Below are positions 46,701-58,512 of a stretch of DNA of 64,000 bases, one piece after another (the stretch's first letter is position 1; every line of letters starts with the position of its first letter). The stretch lies in the NCBI GenBank assembly GCA_950097015.1, contig CATNEN010000011.1:6572001-6636000 (forward strand), in the 5' to 3' direction. The position numbers were made by a program, and so were the translations under genes. Below the pieces are notes generated by a model, which was not told where the DNA came from, made no database searches, and worked only from the letters and a program-made list of their open reading frames with translations. The stretch is from Macrostomum hystrix (taxonomy: Eukaryota > Animalia > Platyhelminthes).

Positions 46701-49700
46701 CCTCCTTCCTCCTTCCTTCCTTCTCCTTCATCCTCCTTCCTCCTTCCTCCCTCCTTCCTCCTTCCTTCCTCCTTCCTCCTCCTTCGTCCTTCCCCTTTCC
46801 TCCTCCTTCCTCCTTTCTTCCTCTTTCCTCCCTCCTCCTCCTTCTCCTTCCTCCTTCCTCCTTCTTCTTTCCTCCCTTCTCCTCCTTCTCCTTCCTCCTT
46901 CCTACTTCCTCCTTCCTCCTTCCTTCCTTCTCCTTCCTCCTCCTTTCTCCTTCCTCCTTCCTTCCTCCTTCCTCCTTCCTCCTTCCTCCTCCTTCCTCCT
47001 TCCTCCTTCCTCCTCCTTCCTCCTTCCTCCTTCCTCCTTCCTCATTCCTTCCTCCTCCTTCCTCCTTCCTCCTTCCTCCTCCTTCCTCCTTCCTCCTTCC
47101 TCCTTCCTCCTTGCTTCCTCCTCCTTCCTCCTCCTTCCTCCTTCCTCCTTCCTCCTTCCTCCTTCCTTCCTTCTCCTTCCTCCTCCTTCCTCCTTCCTCC
47201 TTCCTTCCTCCTTCCTTCCTCCTTCCTCCTCCTTCGTCCTTCCCCTTTCCTCCTCCTTCCTCCTTCCTTCCTCCTTCCTCCTTCTTTCCTTCTCCTTCCT
47301 CCTTCCTCCTTCCTCCTCCCTCCCTCCTTCCTCCCTCCTTCTTCCTCCTTCCTTCCTCCTTCCCCCTTCCGCCTCCTTCCTCCTTCCTCCTCCTTCCTCC
47401 TTCCTTCCTCCTTCCTCCTTACTTCCTCCTTCCCCCTTCCACCTACCTTCCTCATTCCTCCTTCCTCCCTCCTCCCTCCTTTCTCCTTCCTCCTTCCTCC
47501 TCCTTCCTTCCTTCTCCTCCCTCCTTCCTCCTTCTCCTTCCTTCTTCCTTCCTCTTTCCTCCTTCCTTCCTCCTTCCTCCTTCCTTTCTCCTTCCCCCTT
47601 CCTCCTTCCTTCTCCTTCCTCCTCTTCCTCCTTCCTTTCTCCTTCCCCTTCCTCCTTCCTCCCTCCTCCTCCATCCTCCCTCCTCCTTCCTCCTTCGACC
47701 TTCCTCCTCCTTCCTTCCTTCTCCTCCCTCCTTCCTCCTTCTCCTTCCCCCTTCCTCCATCCTCCCTCCTACTTCCTCCTCCTTCTCCTTCCTCCTTCCT
47801 TCCTCATTCCTTCCTCCTCCTTCCTACCTTCTCCTTCCTTCCTTCTCCTCCCTCCTTCCTCCTTCCTCCTTCGACCTTCCTCCTCCTTCCTTCCGTCTCC
47901 TCCTCCTTCCTCCTTCTCCTTCCCCTTCCTCCATCCTCCCTCCTACTTCCTCCTCCTTCTCCTTCCTCCTTCCTTCCTCATTCCTTCCTCCTCCTTCCTC
48001 CTTCTCCCTTCCTTCCTTCTCCTCCCTCCTTCCTCCTTCTCCTTCCTCCTTCCTCCTTCCTCCTCCTTTTTCCTTGCTTCCTTCTCCTTCCTCCTTCCTT
48101 CCTCCTTCCTTCCTCCTTCCTCCTCCTTCGTCCTTCCCCTTTCCTCCTCCTTCCTCCTTCCTTCCTCCTTCCTCCTTCTTTCCTTCTCCTTCCTCCTTCC
48201 TCCTTCCTCCTCCCTCCCTCCTTCCTCCCTCCTTCTTCCTCCTTCCTTCCTCCTTCCCCCTTCCGCCTCCTTCCTCCTTCCTCCTCCTTCCTCCTTCCTT
48301 CCTCCTTCCTCCTTACTTCCTCCTTCCCCCTTCCACCTACCTTCCTCATTCCTCCTTCCTCCCTCCTCCCTCCTTTCTCCTTCCTCCTTCCTCCTCCTTC
48401 CTTCCTTCTCCTCCCTCCTTCCTCCTTCTCCTTCCTTCTTCCTTCCTCTTTCCTCCTTCCTTCCTCCTTCCTCCTTCCTTTCTCCTTCCCCCTTCCTCCT
48501 TCCTTCTCCTTCCTCCTCTTCCTCCTTCCTTTCTCCTTCCCCTTCCTCCTTCCTCCCTCCTCCTCCATCCTCCCTCCTCCTTCCTCCTTCGACCTTCCTC
48601 CTCCTTCCTTCCTTCTCCTCCCTCCTTCCTCCTTCTCCTTCCCCCTTCCTCCATCCTCCCTCCTACTTCCTCCTCCTTCTCCTTCCTCCTTCCTTCCTCA
48701 TTCCTTCCTCCTCCTTCCTACTTCTCCCTTCCTTCCTTCTCCTCCCTCCTTCCTCCTTCCTCCTTCGACCTTCCTCCTCCTTCCTTCCGTCTCCTCCCTC
48801 CTTCCTCCTTCTCCTTCCCCCTTCCTCCATCCTCCCTCCTACTTCCTCCTCCTTCTCCTTCCTCCTTCCTTCCTCATTCCTTCCTCCTCCTTCCTCCTTC
48901 TCCCTTCCTTCCTTCTCCTCCCTCCTTCCTCCTTCTCCTTCCTCCTTCCTCCTTCCTCCTCCTTTTTCCTTGCTTCCTTCTCCTTCCTCCTCTTTCCTAC
49001 TCCTTCCTCCTTCCTCCTCCTTCCTTCCTTACTTCCCCCTTCCTCCTCCTTCCTCCTTCCTCCTCCTTCCTCCCTCCTTCCTCCTTCCTTTCTCCTTCCC
49101 CCTTCCACCTTCCTTCCTCCTTCCTCCTTCCTTCCTCCTTCCTCCTTCCTCCTTCCTTCCTCCTTCCTCCTTCCTCCTTCCTTCTCCTTCCTCCCTCCTC
49201 CTTCCTCCTTCCTCCTCCCTCCTTTCTCCTTCTCCTTCCTCCTTCCTCCTTCCTTCCTCTTTCCTTCCTCCTTCCTCCTTCCTCCTTCCTCCTTCCTCCA
49301 TCTTCTTTCCTCCCTCCTCCTCCTTCTCCTCCCTCCTTCCTTCCTTCTCCCACCTTCTTCCCTCCTCCTTCCTCCTTCCTCCTCCATCCTTCCTCCTTCT
49401 CCTTCCTCCTTGCTTCCTCTTTCCTCCCTCCTCCTTCTTCTCCTTCCTCCTTCCTTCCTCCTCCTTCCTCCTCCTTCCTCCTTCCTCCTTTCTCCTTTCT
49501 CCTTCCTCCTTCCTCCTTCCTTCCTGCTCCTTCCTCCTCCTTCCTCCTTCCTCCTTCCTCCTTCCTCCTTCCTTCATTCTCCTTCCTCCTCCTTCCTCCT
49601 TCCTCCTTCCTTCCTCCTTCCTTCCTCCTTCCTCCTCCTTCGTCCTTCCCCTTTTCCTCCTCCTTGCTCCTTCCCTCCTCCTTCCTCCTTCTTTCCTTCT

Positions 49701-51660
49701 CCTTCCTCCTTCCTCCTCCCTCCCTCCTTCCTTCCTCCTTCCTCCGTCCTCCTTCCTCCTTCCTCCTTCCTCCTTCCTCCTTCCTTCTTTCTCCTTCCTC
49801 CTCCTTCCTCCTTCCTCCTTCCTCCTCCCTCCTTCTTCCTTCCTTCCTTCTTCCTCCTTCCTTCCTCCTCCTTCCTCCTCCTTCCTCCTTCCGCCTTCCT
49901 CCTTCCTCCTTCTTTCCTCCTTCCTTCCTCCTTCCCCCTCCTTCGTCCTTCCCCTTTCCTCCTCCTTCCTCCTTGCTTCCTCTTTCCTCCCTCCTCCTCC
50001 TTCTCCTTCCTCCTTCCTCCTTCCTCCTTCCTCCATCCTTCCTTCTCCTTCCTCCTCCTTCCTCCTTCCTCCTTCCTTCCTCCTTCCTTCCTCCTTCCTC
50101 CTCCTTCGTCCTTCCCCTTTCCTCCTCCTTCCTCCTTGCTTCCTCTTTCCTCCCTCCTCCTCCTTCTCCTTCCTCCTTCCTCCTTCTTCTTTCCTCCCGT
50201 CTCCTCCTTCTCCTTCCTCCTTCCTACTTCCTCCTTCCTCCTTCCTTCCTTCCTCCTCCTTCTCCTTCCTCCTTCCTCCTCCTTCCTTCCTCCTCCTTCC
50301 TCCTTCCTCCCTCCTCCCTCCTCCTTCCTCCTTCCTCTTTCCTCCTTTCTCCTTCATCCTTCCTCCTTCTTCCTCCTTTCTCCTTCCTCCTTCCTCCTCC
50401 TTCCTCCTTCCTCCTTCCTCCTTCCTTCCTCCTTCCTCCTTCCTCCTTCCTCCTTCCTCCTCCCTCCTTCTTCCTTCCTTTCTCCTTCCCCCTTCCTCCT
50501 TCCTCCTCCTTCCTCCTTCCTTCCTCTTTCCTCCCTCCTCCTCCTTCTCCTTCCTCCTTCCTCCTTCTTCCTCCTCCTTCCTCCTTCCTCACTCCTCCTT
50601 CCTCCTTCCTTCCTTCCCTTTCCTCCTCCTTTCTCCTTCCTTCCTCCTCCTTTCTCCTCCTTCCTCCTTCCTCCTTCCTCCTTCCTCCTCCTTCCTCCTT
50701 GCTTCCTCTTTCCTCCCTCCTCCTCCTTCTCCTTCCTCCTTCCTCCTTCTTCCTTCCTTTCTCCTTCCCCCTTCCTCCTTCCTCCTCCTTCCTCCTTCTT
50801 CCTCCTTCTTTCTTCCTTCTCCTTCCTTCTCCTTTCCTCCCTCCTCCTTCCTCCTTCCTCCTTCCTCCTTCCTCCTCCTTCCTCCTCCTTTCTCCTTCCT
50901 TTCTCCTTCCCCCTTCCTCCTTCCTCCTACCTCCTTCCTCTTTCCTCCTTCCTTCCTCGTCCTTACTCCTTCCTCCTTCCTTCCTCCTTCCTCTTTCCTC
51001 CCTCCTCTTCCTTCTTCCTTCCTCCTTCCTCCTTCCTCCTTCCTCCTTCCTCCTTCCTCCTCCTTCCTCCTTCCTTCCTCCTTCCTTCCTCCTTCCTCCT
51101 TCCTCCTCCTTCCTCCTTCCTCCTTCGTCCTTCCTCCTTCCTTCCTCCTTCCTCCCTCCTCCTTCCTCCTTCCTCCTTCCTCCCTCCTCCTTCCTCCTTC
51201 CTCCTTCCTCCCTCCTCCTTCCTCCTTTCTCCGCCTTCCTCCTTCCTCCGTCCTCTTCCTCCTTCCTTCCTCCTTCCTTCCTCTTTCCTCCCTCCTCCTC
51301 CTTCTTCTTCCTCCTTCCTCCTTCCTCCATCCTCCTTCCTCCCTCCTCCTTCCTCCTTCTTTTTTCCTCCTTCCTCCTTCCTTCCTTCCTCCTTCCTCCT
51401 TCCTCCTTCCTTCCTCCTTCCTCCCTTCTCCTCCTTCTCCTTTCTCCTTCCTCCTTCCTCCTTCTTCCTTCCTCCTTCCTCCTTCCTTCCTCCTTCCTCC
51501 TTCCACCTCCTTCTCCTTTCTCCTTCCTCCTTCCTCCTTCCTCCTTCCTCCTTCCTCCTTCCTTCCTCCTTCCTCCCTCCTCCTTCCTCCTTCCTCCTTC
51601 CTCCTTCCTCCTTCCTCCTTCCTCCCTCTTCCTCCTTCCTTCCTCCTCCTTCCTCCATTC
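43785..51660. repeat. 7.9 kb polypyrimidine (CCT/CTT-rich) tract
   Basis: The plus strand is almost only C/T; the 2600-aa ORFs arise from A-depletion. Confidence 0.98.
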
Positions 51661-51890
51661 CAAAAAACATTCCAAAAAAGAAATAACAAAAACAAATTAT
51701 AACAATGGCACGCTATATTGTTATATTTTATCATTTACATGCCTCATTATCACATACATTTATTGACATATTCAATCAAATACTACTAATTGTTCCTCTC
51801 CTTAAATCTTCAAACGCATAAACAAAAGACCCTATTCACCGAACCACTCCTGCAAAGTCTCTGCTTCATCTACGCTCACTCACTGACGAC

Positions 51891-53501
51891 TCACTCCATA
51901 TTCAGCACCACCAGTCGACTGTTCACATAGTCAGCCACCACCAGCTGCTCGCGCGCGCCTTCCGTCACCACCGCCAGACCTCTTGGATAATTAAATCTGC
52001 CGACTTCGCTGCCGCTCTCGCCCGGCACCCCCAGAGTCCACAGCAGCGACCCGTCGTCTGCAGCCACCGCTCGAACTGAGTGACCCCTCCACTCACTCAC
52101 GAACAGGCGGCCTCTCCTGTCCACGGCCACACCCGCTGGCAAAACAAACTCTTTGAGGCCGCAACGCTCAGTCGGGTGCGAGGCGACCACCTGCTGGGTG
52201 TCAATGCGTACTCTGTGCACCTGCATGTACTTCCTGTCTGTCACCAGAATGCTGTTGTCGTGAATCGCCAGTCTGCACAGTTCAGCATCAGGAAAATCGG
52301 TCAGCATGATGACCTTCTCCATCTCGCCAGTCGCTTTGCTGAATGCAACAATTTTGTTGCCACCAGACACAAACACGGAGCCTGCGTTGCCGCCGATTCC
52401 CAAGATACGAAAGCCCTCGATTCGTGGTTCGATTCGACGCACCTTTCGACCGCTCAGGTCCGTCACTGTCACTGCGTCCCCTTGAGCAATGAACAGCAGC
52501 TGACGGTCGCAGTGAAGACCCAAGATGTCCATCTTCCAGTCGATGTCGCAGTGGCACCGCAGCTTCTTCGAGCCGTCCACAGACACCACCTGAAGGTGAT
52601 TCTTGGCACTACTTGAAGAAATTGATGCGAAGATGCAGGGCTCAGGCAGAGCCTCACCGCCGTCACTCGCTGACTCGGCGGCCACCACACGGCCCGAACG
52701 GTCACCAACGAATCCGCTGGTGTCGCTGCACACCGCCAGCCACTCAACCCAGCCATCCAGCTTGACCTCGTGACTGTACACAATCGGATCGAGCAATGCC
52801 TGTCTCGCCATCGCCTTCACTGCGTCTTCGATCTCCTCGGGTGTCGCGCTGACCTCAGCGTCTCTCCAGCCCTCACCAGTCCACACGTTCACACGAGCCA
52901 ACGCTCTGCCGAACTGCTCCGACACCTGCCCCAGTCGATCCAGCTGCTGCTCCGCTCCCAAGCTCTCCTCCAGCGACTTCTGCAGCCGATCAAAGTCCGC
53001 CTTCAAGTCATCGAGCGACAACTCCATCGACATCGTCAGCTCGACAAGCTTCGACATCTCGCCTGCAGCCTCCGCCATCGACGTCTCCTGCCTGTAGCTT
53101 CTCACATCGTCCATGTCCCGCTGCCACACACGCGCTGTCTCAATCCGAGCTATCATCGGACCTGTCAGTCGATCTTCACTCGAATCCAGGTATCTCCGCA
53201 TCGTCTCATACAGCTGCTTCGCCCGTCGCAGCTGCTCCTCCATCTCGTGAATCCAATCTCCTCCACCACCTGCTGCACTGCCACCTGCAGCTTCGGCTTG
53301 TGGGAAGGCACGCAGCTTCTCAGCGACCTTCTCCTTCAGCTTGAGGGCATCCGCCACATCAACACTCAGGTGTTCCGAGCACAGGTAGCGCTCGGAGAAC
53401 GGACCCAGGCCGACTGCAGCTTTTTGGCAGACGACGCAGATTGGGATCACTTCAGGAGGTCCTTCGGAACTCGAGCTGTCGCTGGAGTCTCCACGCTGCA
53501 T
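51891..53501 (-). CDS. RING-less TRIM-NHL-like protein (B-box-like, coiled-coil, NHL beta-propeller), 536 aa
   Basis: CVVC-x12-CSEH zinc motif; heptad region; PAGVAVDRRGRLFVSE and FNYPRGLAV...VVADYVNSRL NHL repeats; acceptor CTCTTTCCAG just upstream of the ATG. Confidence 0.85.
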   Translation of the reverse strand: MQRGDSSDSSSSEGPPEVIPICVVCQKAAVGLGPFSERYLCSEHLSVDVADALKLKEKVAEKLRAFPQAEAAGGSAAGGGGDWIHEMEEQLRRAKQLYETMRRYLDSSEDRLTGPMIARIETARVWQRDMDDVRSYRQETSMAEAAGEMSKLVELTMSMELSLDDLKADFDRLQKSLEESLGAEQQLDRLGQVSEQFGRALARVNVWTGEGWRDAEVSATPEEIEDAVKAMARQALLDPIVYSHEVKLDGWVEWLAVCSDTSGFVGDRSGRVVAAESASDGGEALPEPCIFASISSSSAKNHLQVVSVDGSKKLRCHCDIDWKMDILGLHCDRQLLFIAQGDAVTVTDLSGRKVRRIEPRIEGFRILGIGGNAGSVFVSGGNKIVAFSKATGEMEKVIMLTDFPDAELCRLAIHDNSILVTDRKYMQVHRVRIDTQQVVASHPTERCGLKEFVLPAGVAVDRRGRLFVSEWRGHSVRAVAADDGSLLWTLGVPGESGSEVGRFNYPRGLAVVTEGAREQLVVADYVNSRLVVLNME

Positions 53502-53785
53502 TTTCAGATTCGAGGTCTGGAAAGAGAGTCGGAAAGAGGCCGTGTGAGTTGAAGACTGCTGCCGGAATCTGCCAGAACTCTAATATTATCTCAGTGTCAA
53601 AAATTCTCAACTTCAACTCGCTACCTTAGAAAGCTGTGAAGCAAAAAAGTTGCAGAACTGCCGTAAGCAGGCCGATGCTGAGGCTCAGGTGAGAATGAGT
53701 TTCAATCACACAGCAGTCAAAAGCTGTGCTCAGGAGTCTGAGATGACTCTTATGTCAGCTAGGTGTCTCAGTTAAACTCTTCTCC

Positions 53786-53799
53786 GTTGCCATGGAAAC
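53786..53799. promoter_or_regulatory. RFX X-box GTTGCCATGGAAAC
   Basis: Matches the X-box consensus GTYNCYATRGNAAC, about 285 bp upstream of the NHL gene ATG. Confidence 0.55.
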
Positions 53800-54284
53800 A
53801 GTGAGAGGCCTGAGTCTGGTCGATATAGAGAACAGAATGAAATCCTTGAGTCGCTCTGCTCCGGCAGCTCAGTTTGTCGGCAAAAGACAGTGAGAGTGAA
53901 ATCTGTTTTAGTTTATTCTCGGTCGAACGCGAATTCAAAATGCTTTCTGCGGCTGCGTGCATTTCTCTGCGGCTGGGACAGAGAGGGCCGGCTCTGAGCA
54001 GCACTAAGCACAGCTGAGCACCCACCTCTGCCTCCAACTGCTCACAATGGGAGCGTAGATTGGGTGAGTGTACTCAAATGCATTGTTTGTGCACTTAGCT
54101 GTGCCATCTTGAGCCCAAAGTACGACCCGAGACATTGTGGCTCTGCTTGTCAGACACTTTCTGACAGATCCGAGCTGTTAGAGATGCGATCGACCTGTTA
54201 GAGTAGGGAAAAACAACAGGCCAGCAGTTCAAGACGTTGGAAAAATCTCATATTTACTTTTTTGTCTGATATTAGCCTCATCAG

Positions 54285-54525
54285 CTCACCTACCATTAGC
54301 CTCATCAGCTCACCTACCATTAGCCTCATCAGCTCACCTACCATTAGCCTCATCAGCTCACATTAGCTTCATGAGCTCAAATTAGCTTCATCAGCTCACA
54401 TTATCCTCATCAGCTCACATTATCCTCATCAGCTCACATTATCCTCATCAGCTCACATTAGCTTCATGAGCTCACAGTAGCTTCATCAGCTCACATTAGC
54501 TTCATGAGCTCACAGTAGCTTCAAC
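54285..54525. repeat. Minisatellite, 24/19-bp ATTAGCCTCATCAGCTCAC(CTACC)
   Basis: Tandem units. Confidence 0.9.
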
Positions 54526-54739
54526 GCCACCTGCAGGCCAGAGAAGGACTTTGGCAGTGCCCAAGTGCCCTATTCTTAGTCAATAACGTTTTGTTATTCG
54601 CTTTTATGACTGTTTAACAAAATGTTTGTTGTTAACAACAATATTGTTAGTAACAAAATTCTACCCGAGTACACCCGAGTCCACCAGATACACTCAACGT
54701 TTTCTTTCTGACCCTTCAATGTTTCTTCCCCAACCATGA

Positions 54740-55190
54740 TCTCGTACCCAAATGTACATTCTATGCCTAAATATCTCGTCCACAAATGTACATTCTCCCC
54801 CCAAAATGTCTCGTCCCTAAAAATATATTCAACCCCTCATGATCTCCTCCCCAAATGTACATTCTACCCACAAATATCTCTTCCCCAAATGTACATTCTA
54901 CCCCAAAAGATCTCTTCCCCAAATGTACATTGTACCCATGATGATCTCATCCCCAATATGCATTCTACCCACAAACATCTCTTCCCCAAATGTACATTCT
55001 ACCCACAAATATCTCATCCCCACATGTAATCAACCCCCAAAGATCTCTTCCCAATACATTACACCCACAAATATCTCATCCCCAAAAGTACATTCTACCC
55101 ACAAATATCTCTTCCCCAAATGTACATTACACCCACAAATATCTCATCCCCAAAAGTACATTCTACCCACAAATATCTCTTCCCCAAGGT
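54740..55190. repeat. Degenerate ~34-bp minisatellite CCCAAATGTACATTCTACCCACAAATATCTCTTC
   Basis: Tandem units; a related degenerate array lies at 15430-15600. Confidence 0.88.
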
Positions 55191-55729
55191 GCGGTTTAAG
55201 TATAAATCATTATCATTTTGCAACACTCTAATTTCAACAACAAATGTTGTGAATCTGCATTCTATACATATAAGCATGTTTATTAGGCCACAGTCACGTA
55301 CAGCAGACAGCAGCAATTCCATTGATTTCCTCCTCATCACCGGGGGTTACAGGACAAAGTCGGGAGATTCGGCCGAACGAGGTCGCCCTTGATTTCCCGA
55401 CACCGAAGTGATTTATTATCCGACTCCCAACGCAACCACCAAAAATATTCGAGTCCCAATGCGAAGGAGACATGAGACCATTTCTTTTTCCCTGTGGTCA
55501 CGTTCCCAACGGGAGTTCTGTTAGGGATAAAATAGAAACACAGAGAGATCAATACAAACACATCCCCAACAGCGCAATCTGAAGCTTGATTTGGGATTTA
55601 TTGCCCAAGCAATAAGGAGGCCGCGATTTCAGCCAGTTCAGTGGACAGAATTTATTAGCCAGTTTTGCATTGGTACAGGACCCAAATAGTACGATAAATC
55701 GACTTCATTTTATAGGAACCTACAGTCTT

Positions 55730-56725
55730 CCATCAGTGTTCTACACCTCCCTGATCCTTCAGTGTTCTACTCCACCCTGATCCTTCAGTGTTCTACTCCC
55801 CCTGATCCTTCAGTGTTCTACTTCCCCCTGATCCTTCAGTATTCTACTCCCCCCTGATCCTTCAGTGTTCTACTCCCCCTGATCCTTCAGTGTTCTACTC
55901 CCCCTGATCCTTCAGTGTTCTACTCCCCCTGATCCTTCAGTGTTCTACTTCCCCGGATCCTTCAGTGTTTTACTGCCCCTGATCCCTGATCCTTCAGTGT
56001 TCTACTCCACCCTGATCCTTCAGTGTTCTACTCCCCCTGATCCTTCAGTTTTCTACACCCCCCTGATCCTTCAGTGTTCTACTCCCCCCTGATCCTTCAG
56101 TGTTCTACACCCCCCTGATCCTTCAGTGTTCTACTCCACCCTGATCCTTCAGTGTTCTACTCCCCCTGATCCTTCAGTGTTCTACTCCCCCTGATCCTTC
56201 AGTGTTCTACTCCCCCCTGATCCTTCAGTGTTCTACTCCCCCTGATCCTTCAGTGTTCTACTCCCCCCTGATCCTTCAGTGTTCTACTCCCCCTGATCCT
56301 TCAGTGTTCTACTCCCCCTGATCTTTCAGTGTTCTACTCCCCCCTGATCCTTCAGTGTTCTACTCCCCCCTGATCCTTCAGTGTTCTACTCCCCCGGATC
56401 CTTCAGTGTTCTACTCCCCCTGATCCTTCAGTGTTCTACTCCCCCTGATCCTTCAGTGTTCTACTCCCCCCTGATCCTTCAGTGTTCTACTCCCCCTGAT
56501 CCTTCAGTGTTCTACTCCCCCTGATCCTTCAGTGTTCTACTCCCCCTGATCCTTCAGTGTTCTACTCCCCCTGATCCTTCAGTGTTCTACTCCCCCTGAT
56601 CCTTCAGTGTTCTACTCCCCCGGATCCTTCAGTGTTCTACTCCCCCTGATCCTTCAGTGTTCTACTCCCCCGGATCCTTCAGTGTTTTACTCCCCCTGAT
56701 CCATCAATATTCTATTGCCCCCTGA
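55730..56725. repeat. Minisatellite, about 26-bp CCCTGATCCTTCAGTGTTCTACTCCC
   Basis: About 37 units. Confidence 0.96.
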
Positions 56726-57199
56726 TGCATGTCACGTCGTAGAAATTGTGTGCAATTTAAAGTAAGACATGCCATTATTAGTTTGTTTACAAAACGTGAT
56801 AAATTTGTAATAAATCAATCCCACTGGCCAGCTGAGTCCTGCTCAAGATGCTCAAGTGCAAAGACTCGGGCAAGAATCTGTCTTCCCGCGGATCAGCTAA
56901 GAATGTCTCTCGCTGAAACAGCAGCTGCAAAATTTGGGGATAATTACGCATCTGAAATTTCCTTCCAGCTCTCCGGATTGCCACCTGGAGTAAGACGTAG
57001 CTTCAGAGATTCGTCGAACGTGCCGTCATCGACTTGTTTCAAGCCCTCCTGTCTGATCGTGTTTTTGGTTGACTAGGCATCTGTAATTCAGCTTTTAAGC
57101 CGAACTCGAAAATATATTTTCCCAGTTGATTGAGGCAAAGTAGAACTCTGTGAATCTGAATGAGGTCAAAAGTTGGATGGATAATATTTATTTCTTCTC

Positions 57200-57520
57200 A
57201 TTCTCAGAACTTACAAATTGTATTAACATTCTCAGAACTTACAAATTGTATTAACATTCTCAGAACTTACAAATTGTATTAACATTCTCAGAACTTACAA
57301 ATTGTATTAACATTCTCAGAACTTACAAATTGTATTAACATTCTCAGAACTTACAAATTGTATTAACATTCTCAGAACTTACAAATTGTATTAACATTCT
57401 CAGAACTTACAAATTGTATTAACATTCTCAGAACTTACAAATTGTATTAACATTCTCAGAACTTACAAATTGCATTAACATTCTCAGAACTTACAAATTG
57501 TATTAACATTCTCAGAACTT
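57200..57520. repeat. Minisatellite, 28-bp ATTCTCAGAACTTACAAATTGTATTAAC
   Basis: About 11 near-perfect units. Confidence 0.96.
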
Positions 57521-57764
57521 CTTATGCTACCAGACTTGACATTGACTTTTAAAAATACCATCCGACGAGATGTACATTGATAGTCTAGATTCTCGTCTCC
57601 TCAGATGTACATTGATAGTCTAGATTCTCGTCTCCTCAGATGTACATCGAGAGTTTTAATCTCCTCCCTCTAGATGAGGGGTCGGCACACTTATGAGCAA
57701 GCGGGCCAAAGAGAGAACCTAAATCACGACAGCAGGCCGAATTCACTGTAAAAATATGATATAG

Positions 57765-58395
57765 GGGAGAGATGAGACACGGGAGAGATGAGACAAAAGA
57801 GAGATGAGACAAGGGAAAAGATTAGACACGGGAGAGATGAGACAAGGAAGAGATGAGACACGGGAGAGATGAGACACGGGAGAGATGAGACACGAGAGAG
57901 ATGAGACAGGGGAGAGATGAGACAGGGGAGAGATGAGACAGGGGAGAGATGAGACAGGGGAGAGATGAGACACGGGAGAGATGAGACACGAGAGAGATGA
58001 GACACGGGAGAGATGAGACACGGGAGAGATGAGACACGGGAGAGATAAGACACGGGAGAGACAGAGTGTCAGGTGAAGCATCAGGGTGTCAGGGGAGGCA
58101 TCAGGGTGTCAGGGGAGGCATCAGGGTCTCAGCGGAGGCATCAGGGTGTCAGGGGAGGCATCAGGGTGTCAGGGAAGGCATCAGGGTCTCAGCGGAGGCA
58201 TCAGGGTGTCAGGGGAGGCATCAGGGTGTCAGGGGAGGCATCAGGGTGTCAGGGGAGGCATCAGGGTGTCAGGGGAGGCATCAGGGTGTCAGGGGAGGCA
58301 TCAGGGTGTCAGGGGAGGCATCAGGGTGTCAGGGGAGGCATCAGGGTGTCAGGGGAGGCATCAGGGTGTCAGGGGAGGCATCAGGGTGTCAGGTG
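57765..58395. repeat. Two abutting minisatellites: 16-bp AGAGATGAGACACGGG, then 20-bp CATCAGGGTGTCAGGGGAGG
   Basis: Switch at about 58065. Confidence 0.94.
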
Positions 58396-58512
58396 AGGCA
58401 GTAGATGCAAAATCTAATATTCGCTGAAGAAACTAAGAGCGGAGAGCCATATAACCGAGGATCGATAAGAAGGCCGGACACCCAAATGGCGAGTTAGTCT
58501 GAGCGCAGCAGA

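Noticed and set aside
43740-51766. Three ~2600-aa ORFs and many E/G/R/K-rich reverse ORFs
   Set aside because: Stop codons are absent because the strand lacks A; pure low-complexity sequence
55337-55518. Minus-strand acceptor and short ORF
   Set aside because: No homology or phase-consistent partner; could be UTR or noncoding
56950-57073. Protein-like minus-strand frame STKNTIRQEGLKQVDDGTFDES...
   Set aside because: Short, with no recognisable family and no connectable exons
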